From Trichoplax adhaerens (Eukaryota > Animalia > Placozoa), in contig NW_002060943.1 in NCBI RefSeq assembly GCF_000150275.1, positions 207,980-271,979 of the forward strand: a stretch of 64,000 nt of DNA. The letters are read 5' to 3'. Under the pieces are notes generated by a model. That model was not told where the DNA came from. It saw nothing but the letters and a program-made list of their open reading frames with translations, and ran no database searches. Below, piece by piece: positions 38,640 to 54,319 of this stretch. The position numbers were made by a program, and so were the translations under genes. The number at the start of each line of letters is the position of its first letter. Position 1 is the first letter of the stretch.

Positions 38640-41090
38640 AATAATGATTTAACAATTCACACAAATACTTCAATTTGGATTTCTTTTGAAATCTGCATAC
38701 TTCCACTTATTCTTATAAAAGATATATCTAAATTTATTCCTAGCCAATTAACGAGAGAGAATTCTATAGTAGCTTTAGCGCGATAGTTGTAAACCTATTT
38801 CAACAAGGAGAACTAGAGCAAACTTTCAGCTTAGAGATGTGCATCACCTTATGATCAGGATCCCGACAGAACAGTGAATTCACACAAATCTTTCACTTTG
38901 GGCATCGTTTTAAAATCTAAACACTTCCATTAATTCTTAAAACGTCAAGATAAAATCCAAATCTATTCCAACATGGTGAGCTGGAGAGAATTCTGTATTA
39001 GCTTTAGCACTGCATATGTAAATCGATTCAAACAAAAAGAACCGAAGCCATCTTCAGGCTACTGGATATCAGGAACATTATCATCGGGATTTCTGTAGAA
39101 CAGCAAACACCACATATGTGTAGAATATCTTAAGCTAGACAACATTTCTTTTAAAAGTTGGTTTCTTCATCAAGTATGTGAGTTTACTAGAGCTGAGATA
39201 TCTACAAAGTATTCTTATTACTCAATTTAACGGATAGTCGATGATTAAAAAATATTCTTTACAAGTCCAAATTGCTAACTCCTATGTTTAAAGCTTACTC
39301 TACATTATTTAATGTATAGAGACTCGCGAAAGTCTGTTGAGACCGGCTTCCTCATATGCGAGAAATTCTCCTTGATAATATATCCTATTTAGTTTTCCTC
39401 AGCTATTTTTAAATCTTTCTGTTGTCAATATACAATCAATCTCGTGTATTTAGCCATGAGGATTAGCTCTTTTGCAGAAGTCAGTTCCTTTCACGATCTA
39501 GATTAAATCATTGTAGAGAGACTCGCAAAAGCGTGATTGAGCAAGGAGCCCTGAGATAGTTGACTCTATTTCATGTACGGTCTTCTTGACCTTACTGCTG
39601 TAGTATAAATTAAGCCTTATTAATATTGGTAGTAATCCCTTCTAATAAGTAAAAATTTTAAATGTTTTGACGTTATACGAAGCCTGTACTTGATGAAATA
39701 TCAATTTACTGCAATTATCCATGAGCTAACTTCGCTGTGTAAGACTACTTACAGACCAATTTCTTTCTTGATCAAAATTAATCCATGTACAGAGACTTCC
39801 AAAAGTACAATTTGATCAAGAAATTATAAGGTACGAGAAAATGCATGACTGAGAAATTCCTCTTGGCGATATACGTATTCTATACGGTCTTATTGATATT
39901 ATTACTGTAGTAAGTCAAGATTTTTTAAACATCATGTTGTGATGCATAGACAGAGTTAAGGAAATATCAAGTTAATGTAATTGCCCACGAGCTGGCTTTT
40001 CTTTGTAAGACCCTTTGTATAAGACCAGTTGCTCTCTTAACATCTTGCTGCTAGTCATAGACAGAAATCAATGAAATATCTAGTGCAAATTAATGCACAT
40101 TATTCACGAGCTAGCTTCTCTGTAAAAACCTTTTACAGGCTCATTTCTCTCAATCCAAAGTAATCAGTATAAACAAACTTTCAAAAGTGCGATTTGACCA
40201 AAGAAACTTAAGGTACAAGGAATGCCTCCATGACAGTGTATAATCAGTTCCGTCTTATTGGAAAGTAACTATTTCGCTTAGTAATGATTAATCATAATCC
40301 ATTCTAGTAAGTAAAGATCGCTAACATCATGTTGTTATACGTAGATTGCATTTCACGAGCTTTGCAAAGTCTAGTAATCAAGCAGTCTAAGTAATGCCTG
40401 CTCTTTTTGTGAATTGTATCAGAAAGAACGTCCAAGGAGTACAAGTAGAATCGATTTACTTGTCGATTTCCATTAGAAAGGCACATACTTACGGAGCACT
40501 ACTCGATCTCATAAAGTGTTCAGTTGACATGTTCTAAAAGTATTATCATATAAGAAATGAACTGTGATCAACTAAACTACAGTACAACAAGGTTATATTT
40601 GCTCCGTTTTCAATGTGCTGCCACGTTATGATTAAACAAGGTAAAGTGACTTTTCATGATATTTCTAGTCCATTTCAGTAACTATGAGTGTAATAAAAGC
40701 ATTCTTAATTAAGTATCCATTTTTTCAATGCCAACCCTAACCTTAACTTTTACTTATACTGTGGCTTTAGCCTTTTTTGTATGACATATCTCGGCTTGTA
40801 GCAGATACCCATCAAAACTGCCAATTTACTGCTCCATCTTGGCTATGCAATTCTTCACACGGAGTCAATAGAAATATGCTTTCTTGAGTTTATTGTAATT
40901 AATTACGTGTCACTATAAGTAGTAGTAAGAGTTTTAACTTTTACTTATTCTAGGCCGTTAGCGTTTTTCCGTACAACATATTGCAGCTTGTAGCTGATAC
41001 CGATTAAAAAACTGTCAATTTACTGCTAAATCGTAGTTATGTAATTTTTCACATGCACTCCATCAAAACATGCTTTCTTAATGCTTTCAT
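38640..41090. repeat. Cluster of old degenerate duplications (~230 bp x2 at 38650-39110; mixed units at 39300-40230; ~190 bp x2 at 40740-41090)
   Basis: Shared words AATTCACACAAAT; TAGAGACTCGC and GAAATATCAA; TTAACTTTTACTTAT...AAAACTG.CAATTTACTGCT. Confidence 0.65.
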
Positions 41091-42879
41091 AGATTACTGG
41101 TCAAAAATCGAGTCATTCTACTATTTACTCAATTGTAATATTGCATAGCAACTCGAGAAGAAAATATTGCACAACAGGAATACGAGTAAAGACTTCTTTT
41201 ATTTCATTGGTAATTCTTATATGATCTTATTTCGCTAGAGAGCTAATACGTAGACGCCTAGTTCAATACATTCACATAGTTTATGGCATCAATTTGTATA
41301 ACTTGATTATCGTTATTTTCTTCCACTACTATACTTATTGGCATCTGTATGGTTGCTTTCGCTTAAATAATGACTATAGATCATGACTATATCATTTGAA
41401 TTTATGTATTACGATTGATAGATTAAGGCTAAAGTATCTACGGAAGATGGATAGTTGAGAATAACATATAAACAACATGACTACCTCAACGATAGACAAC
41501 TGCAGTAGTAAAGCATGTAGCCAATACGAGATAAAGCTATAGCATTATTATCCACACTTGGTCAATCTAACTGGAGATTTTGTTACACATTTGAATTACC
41601 ATTAACCGTTCAATGGGAAAGGAGGATGTTGGATAATCCTTCGGTTGAGACTTTCAAGCCATTTTTTCCGATCGACTAGATAAATCACCAAGGAAAATTT
41701 TCTTAAATGGGTTAGAGTTAGGTATGTAAGATAGCCTTTTGTGACCTCTTTTAAAAGGGATAAATCCTTGCTTTCTTGTATCTCTCTGCTACAGTGAGGA
41801 TAAAATAAAGCCATGTTTACATTAAGTAAGCTAGGATTAGCATTTTTGTAATGAACTTAAAAATACTGAAGATTTCATCGAATAACTTCTCTATAATATA
41901 TACCATTCATCTGTAACTAGGTATCACTTATTTATTATCGACATGAGACTTACTGAAAACCAAGATACTACATTCTTTGCTTCCGATTTCTCACTATCAT
42001 CATCTTGCTATCAATAATAATGCATGAAGAAAGAAATTGGTTAACATTAATGGCAATCGATCATGATTTTGATACCTACGCAAATTATTCTCTACTATTA
42101 CAAATTTACAATTAGCAGTTTGCATTAACCGTTTTTAACCAGATGTGTACGAATCGATCAAAAAATGGCAATAACAGTTAATTACGTGATCACAACTCGG
42201 GGCTAGGGTTCCTAATTCTAGCTTGTTGTTATTAGTCTATTTTACAAATTTTCTAGAACAAATTTAAGGTAACTAATGAATCGCTTCAATTTGGGTCTAT
42301 AAACCCTTGTTTCTACGATGGTTGATGCCAGAAAAGTACAGTAAGAGGTCTACAGAATTTGCTAAGATATGATTAAACGTAAGTACGATATCATCAACAT
42401 TTTTATTAATGCAGATCAAATATATTTGTAATAGATGATTTTCTCTCTTATTAAATACAAGAAAGGGTTTTTTCAAAATGCGATGATAACCTCTCCTAAA
42501 TATTGAAAGTGGTAATATTCCTATCAATCAGTCTTTTTCTCCTACATAGTTACTTCTTGGAACAACTAGTATATACTATGGAGTATGCCGAATCTTTTAA
42601 ATATTACTTTACGCCAGATTAATTCAATCTTTTTTAGTCTAAATTATTCCTTCAATTTCTAGTATACAAATAAGCTAAAGCACTGCTGTACGTATATTCG
42701 CATAATTAATAACTCTTTATAACAGATTAAATAGGTTTTAAATTCTTTGCTCTTTCGTTAAGTACATTAATTGGTCTTTCAAAATCCGATCATAGCCTAT
42801 CCTAATATTTAAGAGTTTAATATTCCTACAAATCAGTATTATTCTTCTATAATAGTTGATCCTTAAAATAGCTAGTTTA

Positions 42880-44720
42880 AACAAAAAGGACTATGTTGCA
42901 TCGATTGAACATTCCCTTACAGGAGATAAAATCTGTTACAATCTATCATTTACCCTTTACTTAAATAGAATCTTACGAGTATCGAAATCAGATAATAGCC
43001 TATTCTAAATATTTAACCTTTGTTAATAAGTTTACAAAATTGCTACTTGAGTATCACAGAACTGTTAGTATAAGCTATAAACTATGAATTCAATATTTTT
43101 TGTGGAAATGAAATCGATCATTTACCCTTTTCTTAAATAGAATCATTGGAATTTCAGAATCAGATGATGGGCCATCCTAAATATTTAACATTTCGACATA
43201 TCTGATAAGCGTTTCTCATCAATTATAACGATTCTATAAATTTCTATACTGCACTGCAGTATGGCTAATATAAACTAAAAACAGTATGTTGAACATTATC
43301 TATTGGAAAGGGAGTTTATATAACCTATCATTTACCCTCTTCCATATAATAATCGGGCGTTTAGAATCAGCTGATTGGCTATCCTAAATATTTAATATTT
43401 CGACATACCACATAAGTTTTTCTCAGTAATCATAACAAGCCTACTAAATTCCTACACTAAACCACAGAACGGCAAATATAGAGTAAGAATTATGTATTGA
43501 ACATTTTCCATCAGAGACTAATCTTTTATAGCCTATCATTTATCCTCTTCTTAAATAGGATCATTGGAGTTTTAGAATCAGATGATAGGCTATTCTAAAT
43601 GTTTAATATTTTGACATGCCTGATGAGCATTTCTTACTAATCATTAACCGCAGAACGGCTAATATACTCTTAAACTAAGAACTAAGTAGTAAATATTTTC
43701 TATTTGGAGGCTAAATCTTTAATATCCTATCATTTGCTCTATTTTTGAATAGATTAATTGAAGTTTTAGAATCGGATGATAGCTTATCGTAAATATTTAG
43801 GGTTTTGGCATACCGGGTGAGTATTTCTATAAGATCATGTTAAGCCTACGCAACTACTACACTAGTATAAAGTGAAAGGCTGTATTTTAGTTTATTGAGA
43901 GATCAGATGGCTACTATTTTATACTTGAGTATTTTCCTAAAGTAAACGAATGGGTTATTAAATTTCGATAATGATTCTATCCTTTAATATCATAAAACTT
44001 TGATATGCTATACTATCTCGGTATCCCTTTCTTAGCCTATTTTTTACTAATTAAAAATTAATTATATACAGAGGTGATAATCATACACGTAAGCGTTTTC
44101 GGCAATAAGATTTGTCGGTAGGCTCGAAACGGTTCGTAAAATCATATGATAAATTTATAAAACATCTAACTAGTTTAGGAGTTGCTGTAATGAAATTATT
44201 AATTTAAATCGTAACGATTTAACTCCTTATCTTAATTTAAAAATAGCCTTGTAATACGGGATAGTACACTTTGAATACAGATAGCATTGACGGGACTTAT
44301 TTTCAAATGCATCATCAGATAATGTAGACCCTATTGCGTGATTTACCTCTTTCTTGAATAAGGGAGTGTCAGCTTTCTCCGAGAGTTCACCATCTTGATC
44401 CTGCGATTTTAAACAAAAATAAAGCTATGTTATTGATGCGAAGCAGTTTTATAATCATACTTGGTCAACAAATTGCGATTCTGCGTAAAATGTTATTTCA
44501 GTTAATCTGGTTCTCGGTACACAATTTACCTCTTTTTTAAATAAGGGATGGCCATAAAGTATAGAATTTCCGTTTTGAGCCTTTTAATAACATATTCAAA
44601 AGATAGCTATGTCAGCCGTGTAAAATCCTTTATAAAAATTGTTGACTAAATCTTTAAAATGTAATTTCCTTTTAAAATATAATTACAGAATTATTAAAGC
44701 TACTTCTTTCTTAAATAAGA
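42880..44720. repeat. Degenerate ~200 bp tandem array (5 clear copies, 3 older)
   Basis: CTATCATTTACCCT.TTCTTAAATAGAATC...GAATCAGATGATAGGCTATTCTAAATATTTAA at ~42943, 43117, 43325, 43533, 43727; weaker ATTTACCTCTTT.TTAAATAAG at ~44341, 44524, 44700. Confidence 0.8.
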
Positions 44721-45179
44721 GATTGCCTATTAGTGGGTTATATTTATCCTTTATGAAGATAATGATAAAATCGCAATAGAAATTAACTATATAGTAAAGG
44801 AGGAATGTCTACAATCGCTCTTGATATTGTAGATATTCAGGCAATATAGTATGTGACATCGTACAATGTACGAATGAAATTATGGCGTACTGGGAAATAA
44901 ACACGTTTAAATATGATTCGCTATTATCACTGCTATCTTCCAAGTACTGCATTTGCAAGTAGCTTCATAAGATAGTTTAATAATGCATTCAATTGCAACA
45001 GTGTATAGCTCGTGAAATGAATTAAAATAAATGCTTTGAGTAATCAACATCTTTGCGTGTATTCAATAAAAACTGCCATTAATCTATTTTATATCCACTT
45101 ATTATTTATATACTATAACATTAATAAGAAATAGCGTTATGATTCGCTAATAAAAGCAGTAAAATTTCTATCAAGGTTA

Positions 45180-46775
45180 TTGTTAACTTATATCTATTCT
45201 GAACAAAGCATGCCCTATTTGAGAATCCTATCCATTTGCATTAAGGGTGTAGATAACTTATACATTTTAAATAACCCTAAGATACTATACAATTTAGCCG
45301 TTAGCATACTCAGTACAGTTACTATCGAATTTATAGTTAACTTACGTCTTTTCTGAACAAAGCATACCCATCTTGAGAATCCTACATAAGAGATAACACA
45401 ATCGTCACTATATGTATATTCTGTTAATTATAATATCGTTAACTATGGAAACTGTTTAACTATCAGCTCGTATACAATTGCATTAAAGGTGTAGATAACT
45501 TATGCTTTTTAAGTAACCCTTAGATACTATACAATTTAGCCGTTAGTATACACAGTACAGTTGCTATCAAATTTATAGTTAACTTACATCTTTTCTGAAC
45601 AAAGCATGTCCTGGTTGAGAATCCTATACAATTACATTAAGGGTGTAGTTAACTTACGTTTTTTAAGTAACCCTTAAATGCTATACAATTCAGCCGTTAG
45701 CATACACAGTACAGTTACTATCGAATTTATAGTTAACTTACGTCTTTTCTGAACAAAGCATACCCATCTTGAGAATCCTACATAGCAGATAACACAATCG
45801 TCACTATATGTATATTCTGTTAATTATAATATCGTTAACTATGGAAACTGTTTAACTATTAGCTCGTCTACAATGCATTAAAGGTGTAGATAACTTATGT
45901 TTTTTAAGTAACCCTTAGATGCTATACAATTTAGCCGTTAGCATACACAGTACAGTTGCTATCGAATTTATAGTTAACTTACATCTTTTCTAAACAAAGG
46001 ATACCCTTGAGAATCCTACATAAGAGATAACACAATTGTCACTATATATATATTCTGTTAATTATAATATCGTTAACTACGGAAACTGTTTAACTATTAG
46101 CTCGTCTACAATGCATTAAAGGTGTAGATAACTTATGTTTTTTAAGTAACCCTTAGGTGCTATACAATTTAGCCGTTAGCATACACAGTACAGTTGCTAT
46201 CGAATTTATAGTTAACTTACATCTTTTCTGAACAAAGGATACCCTTGAGAATCCTACATAAGAGATAACACAATCGTCACTATATATATATTCTGTTAAC
46301 TATAATATCGTTAACTATGGAAACTGTTTAACTATTAGCTCGTCTACAATGCATTAAAGGTGTAGATAACTTATGTTTTTTAAGTAACCCTTAGATGCTA
46401 TACAATTTAGCCGTTAGCATACACAGTACAGTTGCTATCGAATTTATAGTTAACTTACATCTTTTCTGAACAAAGCATACCCTTGAGAATCCTACGTAGC
46501 AGATAACACAATTATCACTGTATATATATACATTTTTCGATTAATTATAATATCGTTAACTACGGAAATTGTTTAACTATCAGCTGGTGTACAATTGCAT
46601 TAAGAGTGTAGATAACTTATATTTTTTAAATAATCCTTAGATACTGTACAATTTAGCTGTTAGCATACAGTACACACTCAGTTGCTATCAAATTTGTAAT
46701 CAACTTATATTTTTCGGAACAAAGCATTCCCTATTTGAGAATCCTACATAGGAGATAACACAATTATCACCTTAT
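45180..46775. repeat. Satellite-like array of ~240 bp and ~155 bp related units
   Basis: Units start GTTAACTTAC at ~45182, 45337, 45578, 45732, 45972, 46211, 46449, 46699. Confidence 0.95.
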
Positions 46776-49700
46776 ATGTTTTTTATTAATTATTTAAATG
46801 TATTAGCTAATTTAGGATGAAAAAAGTTACTGGATAAAGGGAATTGCTACTTTATAAGGATAGTCCATGATTTGATAAATTATACACCGTAAGGCAATAT
46901 CAAAGCCATGATCACCAGTAAGTTTGACAAATCGAGTAATGCGCTTATAAAATAATCACTTATGGCCAAAACTTATCCAAAATTGTTTAACACCATACTT
47001 TCTACAGCATGAGATTATAATTACAACTACTGAGTTATTTACCAAATCTTCCTTCTTAAAAAGCGGGTAACCAATCATTAACTTAGGCTCTGTTTTCTTT
47101 GGTTTTTTGCTCTTTTCATCAGTATTCTTGCTGATTGCTAAAGAAGTATAATCATTGAAAGTATTTCATTCATTAAGCACTAAAAAATTAGTTTAATGAG
47201 AAGTGACAGATAGATAGCTGTTAGGATAAATTGATATTCTATGTAGAGTTTAAAAAGATTCAAAAAAACCATTTTGCTTTTATTCGGGTATATACTCTAT
47301 TTTAGCAGCTAAAAGCACCATTAATGTTTATTATCGACCGATGAACTTACTATCGTAAGAATACCAAGATCTGATTTAGAAACTGTGTAAATAAGATGTG
47401 CAGCTTATACGATCTTAATAATGCAAAATTGATAGAATGAAAGTATATCTTTTAATATTATCATTAACACTCTTAATTTGTGTGTCCATGCGTCTGTAAT
47501 GCTAATCTAAATGCTAAATTAACATTATGGATTTCTTTACCTAAAAGGACAAAAGTGATCACTGATATTTTTATACAATTATAATACAGATAATGGATAA
47601 TTTGGCTCTGTTACTTTCTACTTCCTACCAAAAGTTTTTAAGAAGGATGGTTTTACTTTATTTGCATCAGGAGTTTCTGATGAGACTATAAAAGGCTGGT
47701 ACCTGTAGACCACTTTTTATTTAGTTATTCTGTTAGTTAGTCAACTAGTTTGTCAATTACTAATGAATTGGCGAGAATATAATCTTGGTTGTCAACTTTT
47801 CTTCAGTAATAAATAGTAGTAATTCTCTGACTATATTGTCTACACCATCACTGACGCTATAACTATACTATAGTATTCAGTCGTTGGAAGTGAACTATTT
47901 GGTGATATAGCTAATCTCATCTCTCTAAGTCAGTAAGAGGTGTTTTTCGTTAGCGTTAGCGTGTGTGGACTCACTTAGTCACTAGCAGTGTGTGAAAACC
48001 GGTACTTAATTAAAGACCGCTTAATTGAACGTCTATTACCATCACAGGTAGGAGTACATAATAAGGATGTAATAAGCCAAATTTTAATATAGTCGCAATA
48101 TAACAGATAAACTTGAGAATTAAGTGTTGAGCAGTATAACTTGATAATAAGCAATTTACTGAGATGGTAGTAATATTTTAAATGATTCCAATACATCACC
48201 AAATATATTGTATACTATTCTTGACAAAGACCATGATGACTATAATACGGAACCATATACTGTGAAGTAGAGGTTATATTAATTAATTATTCATTTTAAC
48301 TAGTCAATATACAACAAAACTTGCGTGCATTATCTAATCGTTCCGGTATCATTATGATTGATTAACAGTATGGTATTATGCAGTAAAGTTAATACATTTG
48401 TAATAAATATAAATGCCTATCCAAATGAAACCGTCGATTGATTAATGAGTAGCGCATACTAGATTGGAACTGAGCAATGACAATTGAATGCTCACACTAT
48501 TACCAGAGACGAGCGATGGGCGAAAAAAATAGAAATAACGAAAATAAGCGAGCAAATATTGCTCTGGCTGCATAATAAAGAATGGTGCACACACAAAAAA
48601 AAATTGAAATATGGCAATTCTTCTCATCAAAATCTTGAAAAAAAAATAGAATCAGTAAAATTTGACCTTTTTTCTTGTTTAAAGTTCATAATGGGATAAC
48701 TATAATAAAACGATTTCTATAAATTTTTAATGTCGACGCCTGTATATTACTTGTACTTCATGCTCAATGGAACAGTAAGATGGAGACTTAAAATAGGTTA
48801 GTTGATTAATATCAGATTTCTATCAATCGCTCACTAATATAAAATTATTTTCAAATGTTAAATTGCTGATATAAAGAAAGGTGCATGAAAATGAGATTAA
48901 CAAGATATTACTGTTAACCGATAACCGATAGATTGAACTGGAGAAAGAAGTGACAGAGACTTATACTTTAATAAAGTTGTTAATAACTATCAAATATTGT
49001 ACCCGTAAATATGGTGAGTAAAATTATTAAGCAATTAGCAGGAATCTGCTAATATTTAACGCTTTATATCTGTAGCAAGGAAGCTAAGACACTGGGTCGG
49101 TGATGAATCGAAGACGATAGTAGTAAAACTAAAATTCTAATTGTTATGGTGCTAAGATATTTAAAAGTACTAAGATTATCGACATACAGTAAGAAGTCCT
49201 TGGTTAAAAATTTCTATTTTACAAGTAGAAAAGTATCTTAGAATTTGAACGGTGGAAAACAAATTACTTCAAATAAAAATCTAAGCGCTAGTTTAATGCT
49301 CAAAACGATAAGTACATAACCACCTATTTCAATAGTTAGGAGCAATGTGACAATTTTTTTTCATTAAAAGACTCACATTTAGTAAGAATGGAGACTATAA
49401 AATGTTATCTTGAATATTATGTCAGATTATTGGAATATTTTTAAACATTTCTAAAATAACGACTGTAAAACTTTACTAAGTATGGTAAATTGAGACATTT
49501 ACGACGTTAATGTCAAAAAATAGAGATCTTTAAGTTCGATTAGATCAATTCGATTAAATTGATAGTTTAAGATATATAAATGTAAGCGCACATGTTTGCC
49601 AATTAACTAGTTGCGATGTACAGTAGAAATAGTTGAAAGTTTGATTATGCTATTATTCATAGGTCACAACAGTTCCATACGTAGCCAATTTAAACCAATA

Positions 49701-52700
49701 AATAAAACTACTTTCATCGTTAACCTACCTCTGCAGCTGACAGCAACAACTAGTAAGGTAAAGACCAAGATTGTTCTCATGATGAATCAAACAAGGTAAC
49801 CACTGTAGTCTAGATTATAAAATATGATACAACGTTAAGATTCGTAAAACCTTCATTTATGAGTGAATGATCTGTAATAAATTTGTTATAAAGTGTTAAT
49901 TACCTAAAGTGATAAGAGAAAATTATATCTATGCTTTAGGAAGAACAAAGAATAGTGAAGGAGAATATCAAAGTGATTAATTCTATGGTTTACAAATGCA
50001 CTTTTGAGGGAGTGAGATAATGTATAGGATACCCCTTTCATTAGAATTTGAATAATAATTTTCGTGCATAAGTATAGTTATAAGAATAAGAATGTTGCTT
50101 TTATCTATTTTAATAGGATATCGAGTTGCAGTATTGAAAAAATTTCAACTCTCCCTATGCATCCTATGAGAAATGAAATAATCTACCCAATATCGGATTG
50201 ATCCTTTTAATCTATCTATATAGCCAAGATGTCAATCTACCTACGGGATTCTCTAATATTCAAAATTGAAAACAGGCAAAGAAATAGCTTACATCGATTT
50301 TCAAAATTTGTCAGTTTGATGGAGGCTATTCGTCCTTAGCAATTTCCAATGGTAAAACTGGAATTTAAAATTTGTAGGATCGAATTACGAAGTACATACA
50401 TATATATAGATTTGAAATGCATAAATATTTAAAAACGACGCCTGAGATACATATTATTAAATAATCAATCAATTTTATTCTTATTCATTCAAAGCTTATC
50501 AATTATTCAGTAAGAATGAGTAGACACAATAATTTGAAAAGAAATACGAGTATATATTTGAGCTATTTCTACATAAATAAATGGTAGTGGAGAAATTTTA
50601 AAAATTTTAACAACTATTATTATTAACAATTAATGCAATAGCTTAAAGAGTTATTGGCTGAAGTCGGCATTTGAATAGGATCCATTTAGTAACATATATA
50701 TCAATCATGATCAACATATTTTCTCAACTATGCCGGAAACAGAAGAGTTAACAGACAAGAACAATACACTTAACATACTCCTTTGACATTCTTTAATAAT
50801 TTAAACTTGAACGGATGTTAAATTGATATTGGCGTTATAAGAAAGCAGAGGTAGAGGTCATCTTATGAAGATAACTTAATAACATCTTATCCGTATTAAG
50901 GAATATTTTTATAATATAATATTATTAACTTGAAAAGCTTAATCTATTTTGATCATCAAGATTTTAACTATCTACAGTATTAGTAGGAAACAATTGTCTA
51001 CTCAATATAATATAATAATCGCAACCATTCTAGTAATAAGGTGAGAAAAACGAAAGCTGGAATTGAAAATAAAATATCATATTTTGTCTTGCTCTCTATT
51101 TTTAATCTATTCTCATTTCACGTCATACTACAATAACAATTGTAATGGCTATCGTCTTCGTTTTATTTATAATCTATTACTATTAAAAATAGAAAAGATG
51201 TTGATAATCTATTGCTGACTACTACAGGAATAAATGCAGCTAGCGTCATAGGCAAGCATTAAATCTATAGACGATACTTAGACAACAAAATTAATGCAAG
51301 TATTAGTATAGCTATAAATAATAATTTGCATAGCGTTATCATCAAGAGACGCGCAGATGTATTAAATTTAATCCATAATCGTAGTTAAGCTATTAACGCA
51401 TTAAACTCGATCCATTTTGCTAAAAAGCTACGTTCCTGGTTTATGATAAAAGACAGTACAGTAGACAGATTCAAGCATAAACAGGAATACATTAAAAGTA
51501 TGTTTTATCTTTATTTAATCGTTAGATAATGAAGAATTAATAATCAATAACTTAATGATTCATAATTTAGTGATATACCAATTTAGCTAGAATAGTATAA
51601 TATTGACTTGATTAATTCAATTAATCCAAGTACGAAGAAATGAGAATAGTATCTTCTCATCTAATATTAGTATAATGAACAATTCTATTATTTAATCTTG
51701 ACTCAGCAATACTATATTAACATCTTGAAAATGGAGAACAATTCTATGCTTCATAATTAATTCGATGTGATAATATCGTTGAATCTTGTCCTCTATAGTC
51801 TTTCTTTAATCAAGCCAAAAGTTGATGTCGATTATTATCTATTGAATTTACAGATGATAAAATTTCTATCTAAAAAAATGGATCAGATCACTTCTACTTT
51901 GACTACGATACAATTTAAATTTCTTTCCATGTAGTAAAGTTCAAGTCTATATCCAAGATTACAAAATGTAGAGTTGCTCAATCAACTTTTACCCCTCCTA
52001 TTTCCCCCTCTTCTTTCATATCACTTTACAAAGAGGACTACAATTTTTGCGACAACAATAGTTATCATTATTGGTAACATTTATTCTATTCATTTCTTTA
52101 TTCACGGCATCTATTCTATTTTTACACTTTATAAAAGCCATCATTCCATCATTAATATCTAATTAAAATAGAACACGATTATTCAAGCTGTTATGAATAA
52201 CTCCAGATGATAGATGCAATAAAATTAAATATCCTAAATAGACAATCCAGTGTGCTTATGACTGATGTTATTGATAATCTTCAAGGTATTGAAGCTTTCT
52301 TTTCTTAACAACTGGATTTTCTGAACAAAATATGAATTTTCTTCCATGACCGCATCGATTATCAAAGCGATTGATCATAATGGGAATTAAAAGATGCGGT
52401 GTAAGCGAAAATCGTAAGCGCTAAAATCAAACTGCAAATCTTCGATCATAATACCAACATGAATAAATTTTGAAAATTCTATCATACCGTGGTATTCTAT
52501 TTTGAAGAAAATTCCATCGAACTGATGAGTTCATGACCAAATGGCGATCATTTGCCATCCATTTATTGCGATCAGTTCTATTAGTAGTGCTATTATGAAC
52601 CACTTTTGTTTTCTAGTTCCGATCAATCTTTTAACTTATTGCAACACACAATAGAAATAAGCTTTAACATAGGATGTCAATGACCCTAAACAAATACAAA

Positions 52701-54319
52701 CAAGTTTTATGGCTATAGTTTAAAATTACGGTATCACTTTATTTCCGTAAAATGCCGTCATATCATTTAGAAGATACCGCTATGCTTTAGTCATATGTAA
52801 GCTTGCTCAAGTCTGGTCATGACCGTATTAGGGAATTTTATTTTATCGAGTATTTTTTCAAAGTCTCCAGTGCCCTATGAGAATATTTTACTACGGTTGT
52901 TCTTATCAAAGCAACTACTGTACTTGTCCTTAATACTACTTTAATTACGGTTGAACCTGGATAGATAGTAATTCAATCGTTGATATACTTAAAAAGATCC
53001 GAATCAAAGTGGCGCTGTTGTTTTAGTTGGACTTTCATTCATCATCTTCATATTCGTAGAGCTATCCTTTTGAGAAATATTTTCTAACAGTAGGCACAAT
53101 GGTAGCACGGAACGCTAATAATCCTTTCATCTATATTCTAACCTAAACGATAACTGTGCAATAATGCTCCTGTCGTAATGTATCCACATACATGGCTTCT
53201 ATTTTACATTAAGATGTAAAGATGCTATAATCTAATTATAAAGTATACAGCCAGCTTAAAGATAGAATGTAGACAATTAACTATTCACATTCATTTTGGT
53301 TATTAGAAATGAACTTTTATTATATAAATCAAATCAATAAAAGTTTTTGTTTCGTAAGAGAATTTCAAGACGATGAGGGATAACACAAACAATTTCAAAT
53401 TGACTGGATATGTACAGTAGCTATTGGTTAGAATAGAATAAATATATTCCTTAAAATGAATCTTAGCCTAGATATTAAAATTCAATTAGTATTCGATTCA
53501 TAAGCAACGTTAACGAAATAATTAGCAATAAACTATAATTTGATATAGTAAGGCAATATAAAACTACTCTTAAACCTTGTCTGTTCACTTCAAGGTCGCT
53601 CATATCATCATAAAGCGATATACCAGTCATGATGGTCTATACTCCGTATATTAAGGGATACATGGAAAAAAATAAAGATTTGATCATAGACAAGTACTGA
53701 ATATGTGATCTTTGCAATAGCGGAAGTATGAGGCTCTGAAAGAACTCATTTTATTGAATACTGTAATGTAGATCAAAGGTCGTCTATTATCTCCGAGTTT
53801 TAAAGTAACTTCCATGTTTAAAAATTTCTATCTAGTGGCATATTTGTATACTGTGTACTTTCAGCTTTAACCTAGAATCAGCGACGTTTTTATGTTGGTA
53901 CTTAATTTCAATCTTAAAAATTAGATAGAACGGCTATTTCAAAAGCAATTCCTACGCTTTTTTTTTCAGATATCTTGCTGTACAAAAACCATCATTTGTT
54001 TCATTTCTCTGTTACAAATACAGTAGCCAACATGACATCAATGTCTAGACTACCATTACTTTCTCTATCATCCTACCAATTGTAATACTAATAAATTGTC
54101 GACAGATCGTAATTAGCCACTTGACTGTCATTAAGCTATTGGTAAACAATATTGAAACAAGAGCTTAAAACTTGTATAATCCATTACACTACTGTGCCAC
54201 AGCGATCTTATACGGATAATCTTCGACGAAATGGGCCTATTCACTTCAAAATGTCGACTAATTTTAATTCTATTACAGAATTTATTTTACGAGGGCGATG
54301 CTCAGAGTTGCCACCGTCA

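Noticed and set aside
43620-52535. CTGATGAG words (~43620, ~47678, ~52522) as hammerhead ribozyme cores
   Set aside because: No stem II followed by GAAA in the required arrangement.
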